Source: Balanoglossus misakiensis (lineage: Eukaryota > Animalia > Hemichordata). Taken from it: a stretch of 64,000 bases of DNA. How positions within the stretch are numbered: the first letter of the stretch is position 1; every line of letters begins with the position of its first letter. Below are positions 37,372 to 49,300 of the stretch, piece by piece. The notes beneath the pieces were generated by a model. It did not search any database and was not told where the DNA came from. It saw only the letters and a list, made by a program, of their open reading frames with translations. The position numbers and the translations under genes are program-made. Location of the stretch: contig CM082576.2 of assembly GCA_040954595.2 (NCBI GenBank), positions 16,787,028-16,851,027 on the forward strand, in the 5' to 3' direction.

Positions 37372-40300
37372 ATGAGATTTCTGGTTACCTTGGTTTTTGT
37401 CCTGTTCGTCAAGTTAGGCGCAACAGGTATGTTATGTTGGACAAGGCATACATTGTCTTATATCACAACAATATGTGTATCTTCGACTCTCACCTATATC
37501 TGGACCAATCTCGTTATTTGGTATACCTATACCCTTAAGCCTGTCTGGTCGACTTTGCTTCGTCTTTCCGAGGTTTATCTGGCAGCTTATTTTAATTCGG
37601 ATAACAAGTTGTTCACACTCTGTAATAAGCCGGCACATTATGCCTATGTGTACTGGAGAAGGTTCTTTTTTTACAAGTGTTTACCAAATGTATGTGATTG
37701 TTGACGTAGTTTATGCAAATCGTACACTATACGTCAAGCCTACCATTAGACCCGTGTGCAAATGTCCACTACTTGTCTTTGAGTTGGAATTGTCGGACTT
37801 CTCGAGTGTTCAGAAAAATCGCAAATTTTGCCCTCGCGCAAATGATTTTTTTGACCGACACAGAAGACAAAAATTCTCCGATGAAAAAGATTTCGATTAG
37901 AAATCAAGGTGATGGCACAGACACGTTGTGCAATATCTGCTATTTCGCAGATACCTCTAGTCTCAGCCCTACAGATAGCATGATCAGTCACAGCAGGTAC
38001 AAACTATTATTTGCATGATTATTTTGAATTGCTACCATCCTGCAAATAGCACTGTTTTAGTATGTTGCAAGTTACCATATACCAACGCCTGACATGGCCA
38101 TTTTTAGGTCACATTGGTATGACCATGGGACCTTATGGGATCGGTTGCGTCTGTATGTATGTATGGATGGATGTATGGATGGATGGATGTATGGATGGAT
38201 GTATGGATGTATGTCTGTATGTCCATCCACATCAAAAACTTGAAAACCGCTGCGTGTATCACCTTGATATTTGGTGTGAAGATGCAGGCTGAGCTGTAGA
38301 TGGGAGTTTGTTCAAATGAAGGTGTCATTGCCAAAAATATGTAAATTAGCTGGGAAAATGTGAAATTGGTCAAAACTCAAAAACTCGACAACCACTGGTC
38401 ATATTGATTTGAAAATTGGTATGCATGTACCTTATGTCATCCTCAAAACAGTCCTGTATGTTTTGAGCTAATATTATCGATTTCCTATTTTTATGCATTT
38501 TTTGTATTTTTCCATGTTATTGGTAAAAAGTCTTCATTTCTGAAAGTGATGGGCTTACTTATTTGAAATTTAGTATGAAGCTTTCTAATGGTTGTCTGAG
38601 TAACCATAGTTTTGTTCAAATTGTTGCAAAATTTGCATATTTATAATTTTGAGCAATATTTGCCATTTTTGGTAAAACAAAAATCTTTAAAACCACATGC
38701 CAGATTGCTTTGCAATTAGGTAGGCATGTTCGTGGGGGTAACCTAAGTAATATGTTGTAAAAAAATGTGAAATTTGCATAAATTTGTTATCGGGGAAACT
38801 TTTGCAATTTTTGTCAAAAATTGTTTTCTCTGAAACCGCTTGTTGCATTGAACTTTGGCAGCATGTTCCTTGTAGTGATTGAAGTAAGATATTGTACAAT
38901 TTTGGTGATATTTGCATATTGTGTTTTTGCCACTTTTGAACAAATATTTTCTGTGAAACTGCTTGTTGGATTGCTTTGAAATGTGTTTTTTCTCTGATTG
39001 CTTTAAAATTTAGGATATAATTTCATAACACATACATGTATATGTGCAACTTTTATTCAATTCTGATATCAGAAATATTCAATAGTTAGCGAGTTTTTTT
39101 GTAAGTTTCTTTCTTTTAGTTAACATATCTTCTCCTAAACCATTTGTCCAGTTGTTTTTAAAGTTACTATTTCCAAGGAGTTGTTACCCCGAACTAATAA
39201 CTTTAAATGGCCAGCTGTTACAGATACCACCAGCTATTAAATTTTTAATTACCAGTGGCAAGTCAGTGTGTGTCTGTCTGTCTGTCTGTGTGTCTGTTCC
39301 AGGGCTGACTGAAAGAGGTTGCTTCTCATATGTGTTTGTACAGACAATTTTTGGTCAATTTTTTTTTCTAGCACCACTTGTAAGACTGCCATGACACATG
39401 ACAGTTTATTGGGCATGTTCCTTGTTAATTTTTTTACATCCCATATTTCTACCGGTATATCGTAAGATCATATCTGCTTGTAATGTCACCTGTGTGTCAC
39501 TGTTTCCGCATAATCCTCAAATGGGACCACAGTGTCCTTGACGCTATTTTTAGATTTAGACGTATTTTACGAATTGTCTTGGCAGTTGACTAATAGTGAC
39601 AACATTTATCATCACCATATTGTATATATCTCCGCAGCAACGTATTCCGAAGCTGCTGGAAATTCCTGCAATCTCCTTGAGTATTGGGTCGTTTTTTTCT
39701 TGTTTAATCCATAACAGCAAATTGTCCATCCGGTTGGAAAGGATATGGCAATAAGTGTTACTTCTTCAGCACCAACCGCTTGACATGGACCCAAGCTGAA
39801 GACGATTGCAGAGTTAAAGGCGGCCACTTGGCCAAAGACACGCGGGATGTACACAGTTTCCTATCTGCAGAAGTTGCAAAGCTCGATATAAGTGCATGTA
39901 GTCCTATATGGATGTGTAATCTATACATTGGATTGATATACAGGGTAAGTGATAGTCTATCAATGCATTCATTTTGTTACAACTTGTGTTGCAATTTTAA
40001 CCAGAGACACTGAGGGTGAATAATAGTAATGCATTTCAAAAATCAGTAAAGGTGAATGCATATTTTAGTTATTTCATACAAGTACCCTTTTGCTCTGTCC
40101 GTCTTAGAAAGCGAAATGAAAATAATGATGCAGAAAGGTTGAAGACGCGTCATTGGATTGTTTGTGTAAATGTAAAACTTGCAAACTAATGTATGGAATT
40201 TTGTTTTAAATAGCCTGGTCAAGGTTACAAATGGTCTGATGGAACGGCTGTAGACGAAAGCTTTATGCCCTGGCAACCTGGTGAACCTAACGGTGGAAAT

Positions 40301-43300
40301 GCTGCAAAGTCTGTTGAAATCGAACTGAGAAGCCGCGACTACTCTGATTTTAGATGGAACGACCGGGGACTGAACTGGAGGGTCCCTGATTCATGGTTCA
40401 TTTGTGAAAAGCCAGAGGAAACTATACGTAGGTATAAGCATGCCAAACTAGGCCTGCACAAACTTTGTAGGTAGTAGTTCCTAGACTAGCCCACTAGTCG
40501 CTTGGTGATTTTTAATTCTCAATACTTTTTGTGTTTTCGTGTTTTTTTTGTCTTAATAAAATAATTGCAATACTTTTTGCATGCATGCTTGCCTTGAGCG
40601 TGTTTTTGGTAGTGAGGTGAGTTTCGATTTTGGGACTGAGTTTGTGGTTTCGCGTAGCGTCGACCACGCGTTCCCTACGCATATTGAAGCCCATAGACTT
40701 GGAGCAAGTGTAAGCATCTAGGGTCTATGGTCTAAGTAATCCCCAAAACAGCGGTAGAAAAAACGCCGTTTGGGAGATTACAACCAAAGTGTGAACGTCT
40801 TGGCCAACGCACTGAACACGAAATTGTACAGACAGATGTTGGTTGTTTATTGGAGGGCAAATATCAGCCACAATTTTTTTCAATGTTATGTTAATCACTG
40901 TCTACCAACAGAGTTTGTTCCTAATTTCGAATAGAAGCATTTATTATACTGGAAAAACTATATTTATTTTCTTATATTATATCAGCCCTACAGTGTGACG
41001 TAGGTTGGAAGCTCTTTGGAACTAAATGCTACTACTTCAGCACCAGCCGCTTGACTTGGACTCAGGCCGAAGATTATTGCCAAGATGAAGGAGGCCACTT
41101 GGCCAAAGACACGCGGGATGTACACAGCTTCCTGTCTGCAGAAGTTGCAAAGCTCGATATAAGTGCATGTAGTCCTATATGGATGTGTAATCTATACATT
41201 GGATTGATACACAGGGTAAGTGGATGTCCATCAATGTGAAAAAGTTATGATTCTTCACTTTATTTGAGGGGTAGTCTGAGTTACAGATTGTGTTGTAATT
41301 TTAAGCCCTACTTGTGAACAATACCAATGCGTTCGTACACTGCGAAATTTAGTAAAAGGGAGAAATTATATTCAGGGGTTATTTCATACGAGAATATCTT
41401 TTGTTCCCCCCCCCCCCCCCCCCCCCCCCCCGCTATCAATGTCAAAGGGAACTTACGACGCAGGATGTTGAAGACATAACCTTGGATTCATTGTGTAGAA
41501 ATGTGCAACTTGCAAACTATATACAAACGTATTGAACTGTCTTTCTCATAGCCTGGTCAAGGTTACAAATGGTCTGATGGAACAGCTGTAGACGAAAGCT
41601 TTATGCCCTGGCAACCTGGTGAACCTAACGGTGGAAATGCTGCAAAGTCTGTTGAAATCGAACTGAGAAGCCGCGACTACTCTGATTTTAGATGGAACGA
41701 CCGGGGACTGAACTGGAGGGTCCCTGATTCATGGTTCATTTGTGAAAAACAAGGTATGCGACTTGCCATCTTTTGTACATTCTGCCTTCCGTCATTTTCT
41801 CGTTCACACCGTTCCTGGTCAACATAGCCGCTTGCACACGTGCCATGGTTAGGGCGCCCTTTTTGGGATTATAAAAGTTGGTAAACATTTCTTATCAGCG
41901 ACTCAAATAGTTTTGCATTCACATGTGTATAAAAGGGACGGGGTCCACAGCAGTGTGGCCAAAGGTCACAATGGCGGATCCAGTGATGTGTTTACTGAAT
42001 TTGCTTTTTAAACGTCGTCGACGCCGATTTCATGGGCATTTGAATGACCCGATACCCGTTTATGGTAACCTTTCATTGGAGGTTGCGATTGGAAGACTGC
42101 AGTCCATGCTACACAATCGTTGTCGGAGGTCGAGTTTGCAATTCCTGTGTATGTGCCTTGGCCATTTCCGCGTAGACTGTCAACAGTCCCTCGCGCCTAA
42201 TGTGTATCGATACGGCGTTTCGTGCGAGGGCCGAAGGCCCGATTCGGCGTTTCGTGGTGCGACGCCCACGCCCGAGGCCTTACGGCCATCGCACCACGAA
42301 ACGCCGAATCGGCCCTTAGGCCAACAAAAGATACGGGCCTTACGGCCCTTGCACGAAACGCCGAATCGATACACATTAGGCGCGAGGGACTGTCGACAGT
42401 CTATTTCCGCGTTGACACTCCAATTGTTGCCTCGAGACACTGCTTCGGCCATTGTTTTAGTAAAGTCAACCTCAACGCTTAGACCGCGTCGGTAGAGGGC
42501 ATTTAGATCGGCGTTTAGTGCAGTGTTTCTGTTCACACGTGATTTGAATCGCTGCTTACGGCCATCGCACCACGGAACGCCGAATCGGCCCTTAGGCCAA
42601 CAAAAGATACGGGCCTTACGGCCCTCGCACGAAACGCCGAATCGATACACATTAGGCGCGAGGGACTGTCGACAGTCTATTTCCGCGTCGACACTCCAAT
42701 TGTTGCCTCGAGACACTGCTTCGGCCATTGTTTTAGTAAAGTCAACCTCAACGCTTAGACCGCGTCGGTAGAGGGCATTTAGATCGGCGTTTAGTGCAGT
42801 GTTTCTGTTCACACGTGATTTGAATCGCTGCTTAGTGCGGCGCCCCGACCCAGGTCCCACCCCTCAACACCGTCCCAGAAACGTGTGAAAGGCACTATAC
42901 ACTTATCCCTTAAACTGTATCGCCCTATGACTTATTACATAATTGCTTCCTAATTAATGCAGCCCCACAGCCTCTACGACGCTTGGAGAATACTAGTATA
43001 ACTTCTTGGGTGTTTTAATATGGGCAGAAACTCACAGATGAAAATACCTGTTTTACACGCACATGATTAGAGGCAACAGTTTTTCAAAGACGAATTGGTC
43101 TTGTAGTCGTTTTAAGTGGTGTATGTTGTGCACAAAAAGTAGGGACTCGACTTGGTTTATATTGGTGGAGTTAAACATTGGCAGACGTTCGTCTTTAATA
43201 GTTTAGATGAAAATATTCTCAAAGATATCCCGGAAATGTATGTAAAACAACTTTCTTTACACAGCTGGAACACCACAACCTCCCCCAACGGAGGCGCCAC

Positions 43301-46300
43301 CAACAGAAGCGCCGCCAACGGAGGCACCACCGACAGAAGCGCCCCCAACGGAGGCACCACCAACAGAAGCGCCACCAACGGAGGCGCCGCCAGAGCCGAC
43401 CACAGACCGTATGTGTATATTTTTACGCATTTCAATGTTGTCGTCATAACTATACATTTGTGATATTGTTAGATGCATGAGCAGAATATGATAGTTAATA
43501 TAGAGAAAAATTGGAGAATAGGGTAGTTTTCAATTACGATACTGTAAAAGATTTGCATATCTCTATTTTAGGGACCGTTCAGTTTTTACGGCTGGGGGGG
43601 GGGGGGGGCGGCAAGTTTGTGTCATCGGTTTTCAAAATCAGGCCGACCCCCCCCCCCCTTCACCCAGCACCAAAAAATGATGACCCCCCTTTGACAGACC
43701 CAAAAATATAATGACCCCCCCCACGCCGAAAACATTCGCCGTCCTGATCCTATGTACACTGTATCCAATAAAGGGAATGAGGCTCCTCACACCTCAATTA
43801 TATATTTCTTAAAGAATTATTGAAGTATATAATAGTATATCGTTGCAATAAAGATATCTATGATCAAAATAAAATGACAACACTGCAAATTCTGCAAAAA
43901 CAAGCCGGTTTGTACTCAAGCCATTCGGGTTTGCTGACAAGCCACGCTGATTTACTTGCAGAAATATCGGTATTTCCACAAGCCGCTAAATTTTCTTGTT
44001 TGTGCCAGCAAGCCAGTCAATGTTAGAAAAATGGTTTGTAAATACGCCGCTGGACAACCTGTCTGGAATGGCTTATTATTAAGCAATTGAACAAAATCTC
44101 TGGTTTGCTCGCAAACTTTAGTGATACATATGTCGGGCTCGAATTTGTACCATATTTAACCTTGGCTGCATTTTAAGCCGTTGGAGTTAGTGGTCGCTTT
44201 TCAAACCATAAAAAGATGTAAGTATGGTTTGAAAACACGCCATGGAAAACTTTGCCGGCATGTGGTTCATATGCACGCCACGCTGGGCACAATGTCTTGC
44301 GAAATACCCTGATTTGGCGCGCGAATGCAGGGTCAAAGGTTATTTATTACACAACTACAACGTTTTGACGCGAGAGAAGACGGTCCACGGGTGAGGAAGC
44401 CGATCGAATCACGTCGTTCCCTTTATAAAATTCGTTCAGCGATTTACAATGCACTCAACCTGTTCCTAAGGTAGAACCGAAATACCATATGCGTGGATAA
44501 TTACTTTGGCACCGAGCATCGTTATGGTAGGATGACATCTGATGACTTAGCAGTTGACCGCCAGCATCTACGAGACCGTAACATAGAACAATGCCGGTTG
44601 GGGTAAGTCCTGCTTCCATTCCATTTTGTGACAGTAACTGCATTTTTGCGAGCAGTGAAGATAGTACAAAATTAACAGGCCCGAATCCTTATATACTGAC
44701 TTGATCATGTGTTGATGATAGCTGAAAAGCATGTGAGAAGAAGTAATGTCAAAAGTTTGACAGCATAAAGTAGGGAGTGGGGCCCCAAAGGAATTTCATT
44801 ATTCTTGCTATTTTCAGCCTCCATCCCCGTTCATTTTTGTTTATGCATTTTTGTGAGCGAAGACGATGCAAAGTATGTCACTATTAAAAGGCCTGAATCC
44901 TGTATATACTGCATTGATCATGTGTGGATGGTTACAAAAAAGTCTGAGCAAATCAAAAGAATTTTTTTAATGCAGCTCCGGAGTGGGGCCCTATAGCGCT
45001 ATAGCCTAGGAATTTCACCATGCTTGCTATTGGCAGCGTACATCCCCATTCATGTTTGTTTATGCACTTTTACTAGTCAAGAAAATTCAAAATATGTAAT
45101 TATATCTATACTGTATTGATCATTTGTAGATCGAGAGATATTTCAAATATATGAAGCTTTGAGTGGGGCTAGTGGCAGTGAAAGCCAACATGGGGGGGGG
45201 GGGGTAACCGCAATAAAAATGTTGTTTTGTGTTCCAATACTATATCAATGGATCCCATAATATTTAAATCATTGGCTGAATAATTTTTTTTTGATAAACC
45301 ACGATCTCGGACCACAGGATTATTTAACCCCTGCATGCCTGCGACTTGTAACAATTTGATTCCTACTTTAATTGAACCCCAGATATTTGCATAAGAATGA
45401 AATAAATGATCTTGGTTTTGCAGGAGTGGTGATACTGGTTATGGGAAGGAGCAGTTGTTATTTTATTAGGCACCGCAAAAATATGAAAAAGTCAACAAGT
45501 AGCATTTATGTTGAAGCATACACGGTATGTATAATTAAGTAGATTTTGTTATTTTTTTTAATATCCATTTTTGTCATCTAGTCATCTGTTTTCTTTACAG
45601 TTTAGTTTGTAGGGACTTCATTATAAAATACCAACCATGTGGTTATAATTTCAGTATTGCATTTGGGAAGAGATTTTACTATTTATGCTTAAAAACTAAT
45701 TTTAAAGGAACATGCCTATCTGTATTTATTAATATAGTCCAGCTATCATGTATGTAACATGTATTCAGTTATAGTCAAAGGAAACAATTCACTAAACTCT
45801 AGGTGCGAAATTTCATGCATTGCTCATTGAATCAATTTCATCTTGTTTGTTACATGCTGTGTATCTCATGGTTATGTTTGTGTTTCATGGTTGCTGCCTA
45901 TAACATTAGGATGGCACCATATCGTAGTGTTGTATCGATCAGTCTCATGTTCTCATATGGTTGCTGCCTATAACAGTAGGATGGCACCATATCGTAGTGT
46001 TGTATCGGTCAGTCTCATGTTCTCATATGGTTGCTGCCTATAACAGTAGGATGGCACCATATCGTAGTGTTGTATCGGTCAGTCTCATGTTCTCATATGG
46101 TTGCTGCCTATAACATTAGGATGGCAACATATCGTAGTGTTGTATCGGTCAGTCTCATGTTCTCATATGGTTGCTGCCTATAACAGTAGGATGGCACCAT
46201 ATCGTAGTGTTGTATCGGTCAGTCTCATGTTCTCATATGGTTGCTGCCTATAACAGTAGGATGGCACCATATCGTAGTGTTGTATCGGTCAGTCTCATGT

Positions 46301-49300
46301 TCTCATATGGTTGCTGCCTATAACAGTAGGATGGCACCATATCGTAGTGTTGTATCGGTCAGTCTCATGTTCTCATATGGTTGCTGCCTATAACAGTAGG
46401 ATGGCAACATATCGTAGTGTTGTATCGGTCAGTCTCATGTTCTCATATGGTTGCTGCCTATAACAGTAGGATGGCACCATATCGTAGTGTTGTATCGGTC
46501 AGTCTCATGTTCTCATATGGTTGCTGCCTATAACAGTAGGATGGCACCATATCGTAGTGTTGTATCGGTCAGTCTCATGTTCTCATATGGTTGCTGCCTA
46601 TAACAGTAGGATGGCACCATATCGTAGTGTTGTATCGGTCAGTCTCAAGTTCTCATATGGTTGCTGCCTATAACAGTAGGATGGCACCATATCGTAGTGT
46701 TGTATCGGTCAGTCTCAAGTTCTCATATGGTTGCTGCCTATAACAGTAGGATGGCACCATATCGTAGTGTTGTATCGGTCAGTCTCATGTTCTCATATGG
46801 TTGCTGCCTATAACAGTAGGATGGCACCATATCGTAGTGTTGTATCGATCAGTCTCATCTTCTCATATGGTTGCTGCCTATAACATTAGGATGGCACCAT
46901 ATCGTAGTGTTGTATCGGTCAGTCTCATGTTCTCATATGGTTGCTGCCTATAACAGTAGGATGGCACCATATCGTAGTGTTGTATCGGTCAGTCTCATCT
47001 TCTCATATGGTTGCTGCCTATAACATTAGGATGGCACCATATCGTAGTGTTGTATCGGTCAGTCTCATGTTCTTATATGGTTGCTGCCTATAACATTAGG
47101 ATGGCACCATATCTTAGTGTTTTGTGGTATGTGTGTCAGTCTCATGGTCATTCCCCATTGATAAATAGAGAGACACTATCTTCTTTTGTTGAGTATGTCT
47201 CATACGAGTCATTGTCATATTTTCTTGTGTACATATGTGTTATGTGTTGTTTTCATGCTGGAAATTGTTTCTAATATACACTCATGTTAATTTCTAACAA
47301 GATTGTTTTCTTTTTTTTTCACTATTTGAGAGTGTTTCCCATTGAAAGAAGACGAAGTTTCATAGTAAGGAAGAAGATACTCAAGGCTACTGCCATGACT
47401 CCAATACTCAAATGCATATAAAGGAGGATTTAAAAGTACTTTTCCACACTTAATGGTGACTTTGAAATCTGTATTCATGTCAGTTTTGACAAACAGTAGA
47501 TTCAAAAAATGAGGCATTTTTGATGGATTGAAATGATTTTCCCTAACCACTTGAACGGAAAATGAGATAAAAGTTTTATTGTATATATTTTCTATCATTT
47601 ATGGGGTTAATTCATTTGATTTACATAATACCATGTATTTACCGTTGTTCCTATTTTCTTACATTGTCATTACAATAATAATGATTGACCAAAAAAGATC
47701 TTTCTCGGTGTGCTTTTTTGACAGGTTAACATACCATTGACTGTGGAGTACTAAGATGCTGCACATTATGACACATGTTATGCTTCAAGACCAAGTTATT
47801 TAAGGGCATAGTAACTAACTTTGGGCTATTTTTTATGTATTTTTGTTCAGTGTATCGACTCCTTATTTCTGTTCTACTCCTTAAAGCATGATTAACTGCC
47901 CAGGTTCGGGATCTCAACTTTGGCCTTTGCAAATGAGTTCAGGTCTGGACTAAAATTATGTTTTTTGACAATTGCTGATTGTACAATTATGGCAGTGTAT
48001 AGAATCTAGTAAATGGCATTGCATCATGCTTTGGTGAGTTGAACAAGAAACTGCAGTCACTTGAAAGAGCAAAAATGCTAAAAATGGCCCAAATTTATAA
48101 CTATAGCGTTTAGGTAAACAGAAGCAAAACATGCAATTCAAATTTTTGGCTTGCTTACAAACTGCATTCTGTGTAAGAATGGTTTGTATACATGCCAAAG
48201 CCCAAGCAGAGTGGCTGATTTTTAAACCACTGCTCAAGCATTCTCAGTTTGTCAGCAAACCAGGAAATGCTAATTTTTGGTTTGCTGGCAAACTGAAGTG
48301 ATTCATGTTTGGTTTGCTAGCACACCAGTTTTTAGTAGAAGTTGGCTTTCAGACAAGCCAATGTAAATTTTAAGGGTTTACGTACAACCCCCTTGTATTA
48401 TTCGACGGTTTGTTGGCAAGCCATTGTTTTAGAAAGTGGCTTACATGCAAGCCATCATAATATATTCATTGGTTTATATACAAACCCCTTAGATTTGTGA
48501 TGGTTTGTTGACAAACCACTGGATAATGAATCGGTGTGTCTTCAAGCTCATTTGCTGAATAGAATGGCATGCCAGCAAACCATATTTCATTACTATGGTT
48601 GGCCAACACACCACTCATTAAACTTGCTGTGGTCTATCAGCAAGCCGGTAAGTTATATAAAGCGGCAACTCAGCAAGCTAAATTCAAGCCAAAATCAAGC
48701 CAAATTTGAAGAAACGAAAGAAGCCAATTTGCGACAAACAAGCCGGTTTGAATTTGGCTTGAATTTAGCTTGCAGGAAAGCCAGAAGAATTTGCAGTGAA
48801 GTCAATACAACAGTTGCTAGAATTGGTAAAACACGAAAAGTGGCAGGGGTAGACTTGGGAGGGGGTGTCCCCCTCCCACATAAGAAAATTTTGTAATATG
48901 CTGTGCTCAAAGTTGCATTTTAATGAACTCAAAAGCAAATTAACTCAATGTTAGGCCGGAAAAAATTTAATTTTGGCACTCCACTCAAAGTTAGCATCGG
49001 GGGTGGGGTGGCAAGAAGTCTGCCCAGCCTGGTGCACTAGACAAACCAGCAAATAAATGATATGTGGCGAAGAATGGAAGGGGTGGGTGTGGGGGGGGGT
49101 GTCCGCCTCCCACATGAGAACATTTTGTAACATAAAGGGCGCGAAACTGCATTTTTATGAACTCAAAAGCAAATTATCTCAATGTTTGGGAGGACCAATT
49201 TTACTTTTTGCCACTCCACTCAAAGTTAGAAGATTTGACGTCATCTTCGTCATGACATCATTTATAAAACTTCTAGTATATAGAAGATGCAGCGCGAAAG

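Noticed and set aside
41923-42860. 190-aa (+) and 226-aa (-) ORFs
   Set aside because: By-products of a GC-rich palindromic MITE and a 276-bp (multiple of 3) duplication; no recognisable domain.
43152-43478. ORF-track products with NGG/TNRSA or VGGAS repeats
   Set aside because: Wrong frames or strand; splice phase supports the PPTEA frame.
45887-47121. CRISPR-like regular array
   Set aside because: Units are contiguous near-identical 70-mers with no unique spacers, no cas genes are present, and the context is eukaryotic; it is a minisatellite.
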